A DNA stretch of 64,000 nucleotides, from the NCBI GenBank assembly GCA_965200315.1, contig OZ241362.1, positions 3,744,001 to 3,808,000 of the forward strand. Reading direction: 5' to 3'. Each line of letters begins with the position of its first letter. The stretch's first letter is position 1. This document shows positions 8,490 through 18,882 of this stretch, piece by piece. Made by a program: the position numbers and the translations under genes. Under the pieces are notes generated by a model. The model saw nothing but the letters and a program-made list of their open reading frames with translations, was not told the DNA's origin and made no database searches. This DNA comes from Candidatus Latescibacterota bacterium. Lineage in GTDB: Bacteria > Latescibacterota > UBA2968 > UBA8231.

Positions 8490-11387
8490 ATGGATCGCCG
8501 CGATTTTGAACTCCTGCGCGACGAAGAGATTCCCGAGCTCAATACCCAAGCCTTGCTCTACCGGCACCGCACCGGCTGCGAGATCATCTCGCTGCTCAAC
8601 GACGACGAAAACAAGGTCTTTGGCATCAATTTCCGCACCCCGCCGACCGACTCGACCGGCATTGCCCACATCCTCGAACACTCGGTGCTGTGCGGCTCGC
8701 GCAAGTACCCGGTCAAGGAGCCGTTTGTCGAGCTGATCAAAGGCTCGCTCAACACCTTCCTCAACGCCTTCACCTATCCAGACAAAACCTGCTATCCGGT
8801 CGCCAGCACCAACTTGCAGGATTTCTACAACCTGATTGACGTGTATCTCGACGCCGTGTTCTACCCGCGGCTGACGCCGGAAGTGCTGCAACAGGAAGGC
8901 TGGCACTACGAGCTAGCAGACCCCGGCGCCCCGCTGCGCTACAAAGGCGTGGTCTTCAACGAAATGAAAGGCGCGTATTCCGATCCCGAGCGCATCCTAG
9001 CCGAGCGCACCCAGCAATCCATCTTCCCCGACACCACCTACGGAGTGGATTCCGGCGGCGACCCGCGCCACATCCCGGCCCTCACCTTTGACCAGTTCAA
9101 GCGCTTCCACGACGACTTTTACCACCCGTCCAACGCCCGCATCTACTTCTACGGAGACGACGACCCCCAGCAGCGTCTCGCGCTTTTGCACGACTACCTA
9201 AGCAGCTACGAGGCGCATCCGGTCGACTCTACTATCGGGAGCCAGCCGCGCTTTGCCGCGCCCAAGCGGCAGCAATTTCCCTATGCGGTTGATCCAGCCG
9301 CGGTCGAAGAGCCGAAGTGCTTTGTCGTGCTTACTTGGCTGTTGCAAGACGCGATTGACGCCGATGAGCGCCGCGCCCTCCAAGTACTCGAACACGCATT
9401 GCTCGGGACCCCGGGGTCCCCGCTGCGCAAGGCCCTGATTGACTCCGGGCTGGGCGAGGATTTGACCGGCAGCGGGCTGGAGACCGAGTTGGCGCAAATG
9501 TTTTTCAGCGTGGGTCTCAAGGGTGTGCAACAGGGGGATGTGGACGCGGTCGAGGCCCTGATCTTGCAACGCCTCGGCGACTTGGCAGACGGCGGAGTCG
9601 ACCAAGGGATGGTCGCGGCCGCGCTGCACACTGCGGAGTTCCGGTTTCGGGAAAACAACACCGGGTCTTTTCCGCGCGGCTTGGGACTGATGCTGCGGCT
9701 GTTGACCGACTGGCTCTACGACCGCGACCCCTTCACCCCCTTGCGCTTTGCCGACTCCTTCGCCGCGCTCAAGGCCAAGCTGGCGGCGGACGACCGCTAT
9801 CTCGAGGGGCTGATCCAACGCCACCTCTTAGACAACACGCACCGCACGACCGTGGCCCTTCAGCCTGACGCCGAGCTGGGGACGCGGCTGGAAGAGGAAG
9901 AAACCGCGCGCCTAGCAGAGGCCCGGGCGCGCATGAGCCACGCGGATTTAGAGGAGCTGGTCGCTTCCACCGCAAAGCTCAAGCACCTACAAGAGCAACC
10001 CGACGCGCCCGAGGATTTGGCCAAGCTGCCCCGTCTGCAATTGAGCGACCTCGACCCAGCGGTCAAGAGTGTGCCTCGGCAAGAGGACGAAATCGCCGGC
10101 GTGCCGGTGCTCCACCACGACCTTTTCACCAATGGCATCGCCTATCTCGACGTGGGTTGCGATCTGCGGGTGTTGCCTCAGGAGCTTGTGCCCTATATCC
10201 CGCTCTTTGGGCGCGCCCTGCTGGAGATGGGCACCAAACGCATGAGCTTTGTCGAGCTGCACCAGCGGATCGGCAGCCAGACCGGTGGTCTAAGTGCCCA
10301 TTCGCTGGTGGGGACGCGCCGCGACGGCGGGCCGGCCGCGGCGTACCTGTTTTTGCGCGGCAAGGTCATGGCTGAACGGGTCGCCGACCTGACGGCGATT
10401 GTGCGCGACGTGCTGTTAGAGGGCCGCCTCGACGATCGCGAGCGCTTCTTGCAAATGGCCTTAGAAGAGCGAGCCAGTGCAGAGGCCGGGCTGGTGCCGG
10501 GTGGGCATCGGGTGGTATCCACGCGGCTGCGTGCGCAGTTCGACGAGACTGGTTGGCTCGCAGAGCAGATGCGCGGCTTGAGCTATCTGTTTTTTTTGCG
10601 GCAGCTCATCGAAGACATCCGCCGCGACTGGCCGGCCGTGCAGGCGCGGCTTGAGCAGATGCGCACCCTGCTGGTCAACCGGGCGGGTATGCTGTGCAAC
10701 GCGACCGGGGCCAGCGGCGACCGCGCTGTGTGCGACCAGAGCCTAGCGGCACTGCTAAACGAGTTGCCGCAAGAGGCATCCGCGCCGGCGACTTGGACGC
10801 CGCAGCTAACGGCAGCCGACGAGGGCCTGACCGTCCCGGCCCAAGTCAACTACGTGGGCAAGGCGGCCAACATCTTCGCGCTCGGCTACGAATTGGACGG
10901 GTCGGCGGCCGTCATCACTCGCTACTTGGCCACGACTTGGCTGTGGGATCGGGTGCGAGTCCAAGGCGGGGCCTACGGGGCCTTTTGCTCCTTTGACCCG
11001 TTTGCCGGAGTGCTGGCGTTCGCGTCGTACCGCGACCCCAACTTGCTGGAGACGCTACAAGCGTACGACCAGAGCGGGGCTTTCTTGCGCGACTATCCGA
11101 TCAGCAGCGACGAGCTGACCAAGGCCATCATCGGCACCATCGGCGACATCGACGCCTACCAGCTACCCGACGCCAAGGGCTACGCCTCGCTTGTGCGCTA
11201 CCTGACCGGCATTGACGACGCCTATCGCCAGCAAATGCGCGACCAAGTCTTGGGCACCAAGGCCGAGCACTTTGCGGATTTTGCCGCCGTGTTAGATCAA
11301 GTCGGCTCAGCAGGCCGGGTCGCGGTGCTGGGGTCGGCCGACGCGATTGCCGCGGCGGATTGGCTGACGCCGGTCAAGGTGCTGTGA
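8490..11387 (+). CDS. M16C insulinase-family metallopeptidase (presequence-protease-like)
   Basis: HILEHSVLCGS (HxxEH), GVVFNEMKG, RVQGGAYG and SYRDPN motifs; 965 aa. Confidence 0.95.
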   Translation: MDRRDFELLRDEEIPELNTQALLYRHRTGCEIISLLNDDENKVFGINFRTPPTDSTGIAHILEHSVLCGSRKYPVKEPFVELIKGSLNTFLNAFTYPDKTCYPVASTNLQDFYNLIDVYLDAVFYPRLTPEVLQQEGWHYELADPGAPLRYKGVVFNEMKGAYSDPERILAERTQQSIFPDTTYGVDSGGDPRHIPALTFDQFKRFHDDFYHPSNARIYFYGDDDPQQRLALLHDYLSSYEAHPVDSTIGSQPRFAAPKRQQFPYAVDPAAVEEPKCFVVLTWLLQDAIDADERRALQVLEHALLGTPGSPLRKALIDSGLGEDLTGSGLETELAQMFFSVGLKGVQQGDVDAVEALILQRLGDLADGGVDQGMVAAALHTAEFRFRENNTGSFPRGLGLMLRLLTDWLYDRDPFTPLRFADSFAALKAKLAADDRYLEGLIQRHLLDNTHRTTVALQPDAELGTRLEEEETARLAEARARMSHADLEELVASTAKLKHLQEQPDAPEDLAKLPRLQLSDLDPAVKSVPRQEDEIAGVPVLHHDLFTNGIAYLDVGCDLRVLPQELVPYIPLFGRALLEMGTKRMSFVELHQRIGSQTGGLSAHSLVGTRRDGGPAAAYLFLRGKVMAERVADLTAIVRDVLLEGRLDDRERFLQMALEERASAEAGLVPGGHRVVSTRLRAQFDETGWLAEQMRGLSYLFFLRQLIEDIRRDWPAVQARLEQMRTLLVNRAGMLCNATGASGDRAVCDQSLAALLNELPQEASAPATWTPQLTAADEGLTVPAQVNYVGKAANIFALGYELDGSAAVITRYLATTWLWDRVRVQGGAYGAFCSFDPFAGVLAFASYRDPNLLETLQAYDQSGAFLRDYPISSDELTKAIIGTIGDIDAYQLPDAKGYASLVRYLTGIDDAYRQQMRDQVLGTKAEHFADFAAVLDQVGSAGRVAVLGSADAIAAADWLTPVKVL

Positions 11388-11599
11388 GAATCGCATAGCC
11401 GCGATAACGGTTGCAAAATCCCACGCCACCGGGTGCGGAGGGCTGATCACCACGGCACAACGGAGCGATGTCTCGGACTATCTAGGCTACCTGTTGACTA
11501 CGACCTATGGCTTCGCGGGGCGGCGGAGCGAATTGACAGCGCGGAGTTTTAGCGCGATTTACTCGGGGGGCGAGCAGTAGGAGACATGCCGCAAAAATC

Positions 11600-12946
11600 A
11601 TGGGCTCTGTTCCGAACATCCTCTTTCTCCTGACCGACAACCAGCGCAACGATTTGCTCGGCTGCGCCGGCCATCCAATCGTCCAAACCCCAAACATCGA
11701 CCGGCTTGCCGCAAGTGGCCTCCGCTTCGCAAATGCCTTCTGCACTAGTCCAATCTGCGCCGCCAGCCGGGCGAGCTATCTCACCGGCGTCTATGAAAGC
11801 CGCCACCGCTTCACCTTCCTCACACCACCCCTCCAACGCACGTTCACCGACAGCTCTTACCCGGCGGCTCTCAAAAGGGCCGGCTACCGCACGGGACTGA
11901 TCGGCAAGTTCGGCCTAGCCGCAAAAGGGATTGCCCCTTCCCTTGCAGACGAGGGCGCGATAGGAAAGATGTTTGACGTGTTCGACAACTACGAACACTG
12001 GACTAAAGACGGGTATGAAATCAGGCAGCCGGACGGCCGCGTACGCCACCTGACCGACATTACCGGCGACAAAGCAATCGACTTCCTACGCACCCACCGG
12101 TCAGCCCACCCTAGCCAGCCGTTTTGCCTCTCCGTCAGTTTCAATGCGCCGCACGCGCAAGACAACGACCCGCGCCACTACATCTGGCCGGCTGCTGAAG
12201 ATTCGCTCTATGCAGATGCGAAGATACCAGAGCCCCTTAACGCCCATCCCGACTTCTTCAGGCGGCTGCCGAAATTCCTGCGCGATACGGAAAGTCGCGT
12301 GCGATGGCAGGCCCGCTATGCGACATCTGCGGACTACCAGAGGAACATGCGCGGACTGTACAGAATGGTCAGCGGCGTCGACCGCACCATCGGCAGGATT
12401 CTCACGGCGTTGGAGCAGCTATCGTTAGCCGCCAACACAGTCGTGATCTTCGCCTCGGACCACGGAATGTACTACGGAGATCGCGGGCTTAGCGACTGCT
12501 GGCAGTTGAACGAACAGGCGATCCGCATTCCCTTGATCATCTTTGAGCCACGAGCTGACGAGAACAATCGAGGGGGCGTCCGCGAAGAAATGGTCCTCAA
12601 CATCGATGTAGCACCGACCATCCTCGAACTAGCCGGTGTGGACGCTGTGGACGGAATGCAGGGGAAATCCCTCGTCCCATTGTTGCACGGCAAAGAAGTC
12701 GCGTGGCGCAAAGCGTTTTTTGGCGAGCACCGATTCGATCGCGCCGACATACCCAAGAGCGAAGGCGTCCGCACACAACGCTGGAAGTACATTCGCTACT
12801 ACCAGCAACAGCCCGTCTATGAGGAGCTGTACGATCTCCTCGCCGATCCTCACGAGTCCTGCAACCTCGCAGAAGATCCCAAGTTCTCCGATCAGCGCAC
12901 GCGGCTGAGACGACGATGCGATGCAATGTGCGTTGAATGCGCTTAG
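11600..12946 (+). CDS. Sulfatase (S1 family)
   Basis: PNILFLLTD, CAASRAS (Cys-type CxxxR), SDHG and ELYDL..DP motifs. Confidence 0.93.
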   Translation: MGSVPNILFLLTDNQRNDLLGCAGHPIVQTPNIDRLAASGLRFANAFCTSPICAASRASYLTGVYESRHRFTFLTPPLQRTFTDSSYPAALKRAGYRTGLIGKFGLAAKGIAPSLADEGAIGKMFDVFDNYEHWTKDGYEIRQPDGRVRHLTDITGDKAIDFLRTHRSAHPSQPFCLSVSFNAPHAQDNDPRHYIWPAAEDSLYADAKIPEPLNAHPDFFRRLPKFLRDTESRVRWQARYATSADYQRNMRGLYRMVSGVDRTIGRILTALEQLSLAANTVVIFASDHGMYYGDRGLSDCWQLNEQAIRIPLIIFEPRADENNRGGVREEMVLNIDVAPTILELAGVDAVDGMQGKSLVPLLHGKEVAWRKAFFGEHRFDRADIPKSEGVRTQRWKYIRYYQQQPVYEELYDLLADPHESCNLAEDPKFSDQRTRLRRRCDAMCVECA

Positions 12947-12953
12947 TAACGGT

Positions 12954-14219
12954 TCACGTGCGCTCGTCTGTCAGGCGTTTGGCGTATTCGCCGCGCGGGA
13001 TGCGGAAGTAGCCCTGAAAGCAAAGTACGCCCGCAGCCGTAATCACGGCACTGCTCAAAAACAACGCCCGATAGCCCAGCGCGTCGATTAGCCAGCCGCC
13101 GCCGAGCGAAACGCCGGCACTGCTGATGCCGTAGGCCATGGTCAGGGCCGAACTCATGGTCACCCGCCAGTGCTCGGGGACCAGTTCCTGCTGAAAGACA
13201 ATATAGACCGAGCGGCGAATCGCGCTGAGGGCGACCAAGGCCATACAGGCGGCTCCGGCCACCGCCCAATGGGCAACCAAGGCCAGCGGTATGAGGCACA
13301 GCACCATCGCCCCAGCCCCTCCGGTGATCACCGGCACCCGGCCGAAACGCCGGCTAAGCGCCGGGGCGGCCAGCGCAGTACAGGCGGCCAAGAGCTGGCC
13401 CCCGGCGGTCAGGCTGCCGATCAGCGCCGTGGAGGCCCCGAGACCGTCGTCCATGTACACATTGAAGAAGATGCGGAGACTGTTTTCCGCAGCCATCTGT
13501 AGGAAGGTGACCAAGCCCAAGGCGAGGACGATAGCCAAGGGGAAAGGCGTTGCTTCGCCGCGTTCCCTAGCAGGCGGTTTGTGTGGATGGGAGCGGGTTG
13601 CAGCGATAGCACCGGCGCTGATGAATAGCACGCCGGCGGCCAGCAGCAGCGGATAGCGGTAGGGCGCCGGGTGGTCTGCGGGCAGGCTGAGGAGCGCGGA
13701 GAACAGGCCGGGCAGCAGGCCGCCGCACAGGCTGCCGGCAAAACCCGCCAGCGGCCACAGTGCCACCTGAGTCGAGAACACGTGATTGCGCAGGTGCGGC
13801 GGGCAGATCAGGGTCAGAAAGGGAATCGAGCAGACGAGGAAGAGGGTATTGCCAACGACGCCGAGGGCATACGCCCCCATGATCCAAGTTAGTTGCGCTG
13901 AGGTAGGAGCGAACTCGCCGAGGGGCAACAGACCGAACCCGAAAGCAGCGACCACCATACCGACGATCATGCTCCGGCGCGCACCCCAGCGGTTGGCCAA
14001 CAGGCCCGCGGGCATACTCAAGAGGGCAAACGACAGCGCGCCAACGGCATTGACTTGACCGATCAATTGAGGGCCGTAGCCCAAGCGCAAGAGATAGAGG
14101 TTGAGCAGGACAGTATAGACGCCGCCGAAAATCGTAAAGCCGATCAGGGCTTGGCTGAAGAGCACTAGGCGCACGTCGCGGTTAAAAAGCGCCAGTGCCT
14201 CGCGATGAGTGGAGACCAA
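12954..14219 (-). CDS. MFS transporter
   Basis: About 12 hydrophobic segments and GLLANRWGARR (MFS motif A). Start approximate. Confidence 0.85.
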   Translation of the reverse strand: MVSTHREALALFNRDVRLVLFSQALIGFTIFGGVYTVLLNLYLLRLGYGPQLIGQVNAVGALSFALLSMPAGLLANRWGARRSMIVGMVVAAFGFGLLPLGEFAPTSAQLTWIMGAYALGVVGNTLFLVCSIPFLTLICPPHLRNHVFSTQVALWPLAGFAGSLCGGLLPGLFSALLSLPADHPAPYRYPLLLAAGVLFISAGAIAATRSHPHKPPARERGEATPFPLAIVLALGLVTFLQMAAENSLRIFFNVYMDDGLGASTALIGSLTAGGQLLAACTALAAPALSRRFGRVPVITGGAGAMVLCLIPLALVAHWAVAGAACMALVALSAIRRSVYIVFQQELVPEHWRVTMSSALTMAYGISSAGVSLGGGWLIDALGYRALFLSSAVITAAGVLCFQGYFRIPRGEYAKRLTDERT

Positions 14220-14310
14220 TTTCTTTTTGCTGAAACGGGGGATGGCAATTATGTATGTAGGAAAGTAAATCAACAGCTCGCAACGAAAAAGGCCGGGGAA
14301 CGGAGGCGGA

Positions 14311-15228
14311 ATGGTGCGCAGCAGCCTGTTCTGGTGCTTTTTGCTCTGGGCACCGGGTGTCTTAGCCCAAGAGATAGTCCAAGTGCAGACGTCAGCCGGC
14401 ACAACCCACGAGTTGGCCCGCGTCGCCGCTGGTTATTTTGCGATGGGATCGGCTGCGGGACGAGCGGACGAGCAGCCGGTCCATCAGGTCTATCTCGACG
14501 AATTCTACATCGACCGTTTTGAAGTGCGCAACGACCAGTACGCGGCCTTTTTGAACGACAGCGGCCGCAACGCGGATGGGGCGGGGCATCTGCTGTTCGA
14601 TCTGCGCGACCTCGACGCGCAGATCCGCTACTCCGACGCGGGATACACAGCCGTTCCCGGCACCGAGCAACGGCCAGTCGCCGAGGTCTCGTGGTACGGT
14701 GCTCATGCGTATTGCACTTGGGCCGGCATGCAGTTGCCGACCGAGGCCATGTGGGAAAAGGCTGCCCGCGGCACCGACGGCCGCATCTATCCTTGGGGCC
14801 ATTCCATCGACCGCGGCCGGGCCAACTACGGCCGCGAGGGCTGCTGCCGCGGCGACGACAGCGACGGCTTTTTCGACTCGGCCCCGGTAGGCTCTTATCA
14901 GCGCGGGGTTTCTCCGTACGGGGCCTACGATATGGGGGGCAATGTCTGGGAGTGGGTGGTGGATTGGTACGGCGCGGAGTACTACGCGCAAAGCCCCGCG
15001 CACGACCCACAGGGGCCGGACGCCGGGATCAGCCGGGTGCTGCGCGGCGGGTCGATGAGCAGCGACCCGTATCGCCTGCGCACCACCGACCGCGGCGGAC
15101 TGCCGCCTTCGGCAACCTACATCATCGTCGGGTTTCGCTGCGCGGCGCGCGAACTCCCCGCCACGGCGGTGCAGCCCGCAAGCTGGGGACAAATCAAGCG
15201 CAAGGCCGCGGAAGGCGAGGCGCGATGA
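14311..15228 (+). CDS. Secreted formylglycine-generating-enzyme family (SUMF1/EgtB/PvdO) protein
   Basis: FAMGS, LPTEAMWEKAARG, DMGGNVWEW, RVLRGGS and GFRCA motifs; signal peptide; C-terminal TAVQPASWGQIK. Confidence 0.92.
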   Translation: MVRSSLFWCFLLWAPGVLAQEIVQVQTSAGTTHELARVAAGYFAMGSAAGRADEQPVHQVYLDEFYIDRFEVRNDQYAAFLNDSGRNADGAGHLLFDLRDLDAQIRYSDAGYTAVPGTEQRPVAEVSWYGAHAYCTWAGMQLPTEAMWEKAARGTDGRIYPWGHSIDRGRANYGREGCCRGDDSDGFFDSAPVGSYQRGVSPYGAYDMGGNVWEWVVDWYGAEYYAQSPAHDPQGPDAGISRVLRGGSMSSDPYRLRTTDRGGLPPSATYIIVGFRCAARELPATAVQPASWGQIKRKAAEGEAR

Positions 15229-15251
15229 ACCTACACCCTACACAAATGCAG

Positions 15252-15285
15252 ACAGCCCCTCAGCTTGCACAAGCTAAGGGGCTGT
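15252..15285. terminator. Hairpin terminator between convergent FGE gene and tRNA-Phe
   Basis: ACAGCCCCTCAGCTTG...AAGCTAAGGGGCTGT inverted repeat. Confidence 0.7.
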
Positions 15286-15294
15286 TTATAATAG

Positions 15295-15370
15295 TGGTGG
15301 CTCCTCGCGGAATCGAACCGCGGACACAGAGATTTTCAGTCTCCTGCTCTACCAACTGAGCTAAAGAGCC
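15295..15370 (-). tRNA. tRNA-Phe(GAA)
   Basis: GGCTCTTTAGCTCAGTTGGTAGAGCAGGAGACTGAAAATCTCTGTGTCCGCGGTTCGATTCCGCGAGGAGCCACCA folds as a cloverleaf with anticodon GAA and encoded CCA. TTGACA lies upstream at 15416-15411. Confidence 0.97.
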
Positions 15371-15425
15371 ACCAAAAGAAAGAGTAAAATTAAAGCCCCC
15401 TCATTTGCATTGTCAAGGATTCGCC

Positions 15426-15947
15426 ATGCCCGTCTCGATCATCCCGTTTAACATGCCCGAACCTGCTGAAATTCCTCCGCATATCGCCACAGCACTCAAA
15501 GCCATGTCTCCAGACGAAGCCGTGGTCCAAGGCATGGATTTGCTGCTGGGCATTGAAGCGGCAGATACCATCGTATATGAGCGCGTCGGCCAAGGGGTAG
15601 TCCACACGGCCGGCGCAGGGGCCGAGGTCCTGCAGCGAGCTCTGCAGCAGGGCGGCGCATGCTCCTTTGCCGAGCAGGACCGGGGCGGCCCCTCCGCGTT
15701 GTTGCTGGTGGGACAGGCCCGTGCCGACGAAGAAAGCCCCCTGCCAGCAGGCGTGGTGCGCTTCCTGCTGGAGGGGGCTGAATGCGGGTCTATCGGCTTT
15801 AGCTACGTGTTGCCTTTACAGGCCAGCGACGGCCAGCTATGGGGCGCGTTGACGCTGATTCGCCGAGCGGCGAGCGGGCCGCTCAACCACGATCAGCCCA
15901 ACCTGTGCGAGGGCATGCGCCGCTTGTTGAGCCGGATGTGCGATTAG
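15426..15947 (+). CDS. Hypothetical protein, GAF-domain-like
   Basis: C-terminal YVLPLQASDGQLWGALTLIRR resembles GAF strands. Confidence 0.55.
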   Translation: MPVSIIPFNMPEPAEIPPHIATALKAMSPDEAVVQGMDLLLGIEAADTIVYERVGQGVVHTAGAGAEVLQRALQQGGACSFAEQDRGGPSALLLVGQARADEESPLPAGVVRFLLEGAECGSIGFSYVLPLQASDGQLWGALTLIRRAASGPLNHDQPNLCEGMRRLLSRMCD

Positions 15948-16213
15948 GCCGAGCCCGGCTCGACGACTCCGTTTGCAAGCATCCAAGCCTCGACCTCGTC
16001 GCCATCGACGTCGGCCAACATCTGGCCGTTGATCTCGACACAGGGCGAGAGAGGCTGGCCGCTTTTCTGCACCATCTCAGCGTAAATATCGGGATTGTTG
16101 ATAATGTCTTTGTCTTCGTATGCCAAGCCGTATTTGGCGAAGGTAGTGCGTACGCTAGCGCTCCAGCCGCAAACCGGCTTCAGATAGGCGACGATGTGAG
16201 GGGCTTCAGCCAT
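15944..16213 (-). CDS. Glutaredoxin family protein (monothiol)
   Basis: KPVCGWS and SGQPLSPCVEING motifs; 89 aa. Confidence 0.85.
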   Translation of the reverse strand: MAEAPHIVAYLKPVCGWSASVRTTFAKYGLAYEDKDIINNPDIYAEMVQKSGQPLSPCVEINGQMLADVDGDEVEAWMLANGVVEPGSA

Positions 16214-16392
16214 GATTGGGATTCCTTTCTGGCGTGATAGGGCGATTTTGCACTTGGTGGAATATAGAGCCGCACACCGCTCTGTCAAGCGGCGCATTAT
16301 GTAATTGACGAACTGAATACCCGGCATTACATTTGAGCTACCCCGCTCCCCCCTTTGCGTACCCGCTTGCTCTCTTAACTTCAGGATTGACA

Positions 16393-17664
16393 ATGAGTTC
16401 TACAGAAGTCCTTTCCGTGCGCGGTGGACGTCCACTCCAAGGGGAAGTCGAGGTCCAAGGATCCAAAAATGCCGCTTTGCCCATGTTGGCCGCCTCGTTG
16501 CTGGCCACCGAAGGGCAAACCGTTCTGCACCGAGTACCCCCCGTCAAAGACGTATTGGTCGCCCTAGAAGTGTTGCGTCGGCTCGGCGCACGCGTCGATT
16601 ACGATGCAACCGAAGAAGTAGCCGTCCTAGACACCCGAGATGTCAAAGAGACCCGGCTGCCGGCGGACTTGACCAAGCACTTTCGCGGCTCGCTGCTTTT
16701 CGTTGGTCCGCTGTTGGCCCGCTTTGGTCGCGCTTGGATCCAAGAGGTCGGCGGTTGCACGATTGGCTCGCGACCCACCGACTATCACTATCGAGGCTTT
16801 GCCCGGCTCGGGGCTGAGGTCCAAAGCGTGGCCGGCGGCGGCATCGACGTAGTAGCCAAGCGGCTTTCTGGTGCCTTTATGTACTGCGATTTGCCCAGCC
16901 ATACTGGGGTGGAAAACCTCGTTATGGCGGCCTGTTTAGCAGAGGGCGAGTCCGTGATCGAAAACGCGGCCTCCGACCCGGAGATCGTCGATTTCGCGGC
17001 GCTCCTGCAAAAGATGGGTGCCCAAGTCGAAGGGGTTGGTACGCGGCGCGTCCATATCAAGGGAGTCCATGAGTTGGTAGGTGCTGAGCACTCGATCATG
17101 TACGACCGCATCGACGCCGGCCTCCTGATGATGGCGGGTGCCGTTACCGGCGGCGACCTCGCCCTCAAGGGCGTGGTGCGCGATCACCTGTACGTCTTTG
17201 AATCCAAGCTACTACAGATGGGCGTCGAGATGATAGAGGAAGGGGCTTGGATGCGGGTGCGCGGGCCGGAAATTTTGTCGCCAATCAATGTGGTGACCAC
17301 CTTTTACCCCGGCTTTCCAACGGACCTGCAGCCCGGGATGACGGCCTTGGCGTGCGTGGCCAAAGGCGACAGCTACATCCGCGAGACCGTATTCGAAGAT
17401 CGCCTCGGGCACGTCAAGGCCCTGCGCTCTTTCGGTGCTCGCATCGCGCCGGAAAAGGACCGCTTGGTGTTGGCACACGGACCGGCTCAGCTCAAAGGAG
17501 CCAAGGTCAAGGCCATGGACATTCGCGCCGGGGCTGCCTGCGTACTGGCCGGCCTAGCGGCAGAGGGCTGTACCGAGATCAGCAACCTCTACCAACTCGA
17601 CCGAGGGCACGCCCATATTGAGCGTCGCCTGCGGGCCTTGGGGGCCGACATCGAAAGGCACTGA
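16393..17664 (+). CDS. murA: UDP-N-acetylglucosamine 1-carboxyvinyltransferase
   Basis: GSKNAALP, GGCTIGSRP, YPGFPTDLQ, DIRAGA and LDRG motifs. Confidence 0.96.
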   Translation: MSSTEVLSVRGGRPLQGEVEVQGSKNAALPMLAASLLATEGQTVLHRVPPVKDVLVALEVLRRLGARVDYDATEEVAVLDTRDVKETRLPADLTKHFRGSLLFVGPLLARFGRAWIQEVGGCTIGSRPTDYHYRGFARLGAEVQSVAGGGIDVVAKRLSGAFMYCDLPSHTGVENLVMAACLAEGESVIENAASDPEIVDFAALLQKMGAQVEGVGTRRVHIKGVHELVGAEHSIMYDRIDAGLLMMAGAVTGGDLALKGVVRDHLYVFESKLLQMGVEMIEEGAWMRVRGPEILSPINVVTTFYPGFPTDLQPGMTALACVAKGDSYIRETVFEDRLGHVKALRSFGARIAPEKDRLVLAHGPAQLKGAKVKAMDIRAGAACVLAGLAAEGCTEISNLYQLDRGHAHIERRLRALGADIERH

Positions 17665-17690
17665 GGCGCATTGCACACCCAACGCGAATA

Positions 17691-17724
17691 AGCGGTCGGG
17701 AGCTTGCGGCTCTCGGCCGCTTTT
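17691..17724 (+). terminator. Rho-independent terminator after murA
   Basis: AGCGGTCGGGAGC-ttgcg-GCTCTCGGCCGCT hairpin followed by a T-run. Confidence 0.7.
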
Positions 17725-17754
17725 GCTTGTCTATCACTCTAATAGGAGAGCACC

Positions 17755-18882
17755 ATGCTCGTACACTCCGACGCAGTGTATTTAGCGCACTCGCCCATCA
17801 ACCGCGCCGAAGCTCCTTTTGCGACCTACCAAAAGTTGGCCCATCGCACCCTCTCCGCCCTCCAAGTGCCGCTACCGGCCGCCGGCACCATCTTGCTCAA
17901 GCCCAACGCCACCGTGCTCTATCCACCGGAAAAGCGCGTCATCACCCACCCCGGTTTTGTCGGCGGCCTACTCGACGCCCTGCGCGACCGTGGCGTACCC
18001 GCCGAGCGCATGGTGGTTGCCGATGGCCAGTCTGGGGAAAACGCCGCGGCCGGGCACACTTGGGAACTATGCGGCTATCGCGCCATGGCCGCGGCGCGGG
18101 GCGTACGGCTCGAAGAAATGAACACCGACGAGGATTCTCGCATCGTCGAGGTCGCCGACGGCGTAGTGTACGAGCACTATCCCCTGTACCGGGAAGTGAC
18201 CGATTGCGCCTTCTTTTTTAACGTCCCCCTCGCCAAGTGCCACAACTTGGGCTGCACGACCTTGGCGATTAAAAACCTGATGGGCATCATCGCCAAGCCC
18301 GAGCGGCACCTGTGCGCGATTCAGGCGGTGGATGAGCCTTGCGCTGAGGAGCTGTGGCGGCTGACCGAGAGCGGCCTCAGCTTCTTTGAAGATCGCTTCT
18401 ATCACAAGCTCTGCGATCTATTGGTCGCGCTGCGCGGCTTGGGGATGCCGCGGCTTTCAGTGGTAGATGGCTTGGTCGGCCGCGACGGTACCGCGTTCAA
18501 CGAAGGGGCCAACTACCCTCTCGGTTGGGCTGTGGCCGGTGTCAACGAGGTACACGTAGATGCGATAGCCACCTACCTAATGGGCCTCGATCCGCAGGCC
18601 ACCCCCTATCTGCAATTTGCCCACGCCCGCGGCCTCGGGAGCATTGACCCCGAGGCAATCGAGGTCGTCGATCTCGCGAGCGGCACGGCGCTCACTGGCG
18701 CGGCCCTAGCCGAGCTGCGGCCTGCCGAGCCGCTGATGCCCATCGCCCGCCTCAACCAAGGCGGCTACTACAAGCGCTTTCGCGCCGATGGATCGGCCGT
18801 GCCTTGGCGCTTGAGCGATGTCAATGACCAACGCCAGCAGGACGGCTTGGCACCCGTTACCTATGAGCCAGCCCGCGCCTGA
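17755..18882 (+). CDS. DUF362 domain (putative Fe-S) protein
   Basis: ILLKPN, ITHP, NVPLAKCH, TLAIKNLMG and VVDG motifs. Confidence 0.85.
   Translation: MLVHSDAVYLAHSPINRAEAPFATYQKLAHRTLSALQVPLPAAGTILLKPNATVLYPPEKRVITHPGFVGGLLDALRDRGVPAERMVVADGQSGENAAAGHTWELCGYRAMAAARGVRLEEMNTDEDSRIVEVADGVVYEHYPLYREVTDCAFFFNVPLAKCHNLGCTTLAIKNLMGIIAKPERHLCAIQAVDEPCAEELWRLTESGLSFFEDRFYHKLCDLLVALRGLGMPRLSVVDGLVGRDGTAFNEGANYPLGWAVAGVNEVHVDAIATYLMGLDPQATPYLQFAHARGLGSIDPEAIEVVDLASGTALTGAALAELRPAEPLMPIARLNQGGYYKRFRADGSAVPWRLSDVNDQRQQDGLAPVTYEPARA

Noticed and set aside
7498-8906. Long antisense ORFs over anmK, the peptidase and similar genes elsewhere
   Set aside because: Shadow frames typical of high-GC coding DNA, with no recognisable motifs.
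12138-12145. GTTTCAAT (reverse complement of the repeat 3' end) inside the sulfatase gene
   Set aside because: An 8-mer is expected by chance, and there is no hairpin or boundary context.
15240-15420. tRNA-Phe as an integration site
   Set aside because: No integrase gene, and no duplicated tRNA 3' end noticed in the window.
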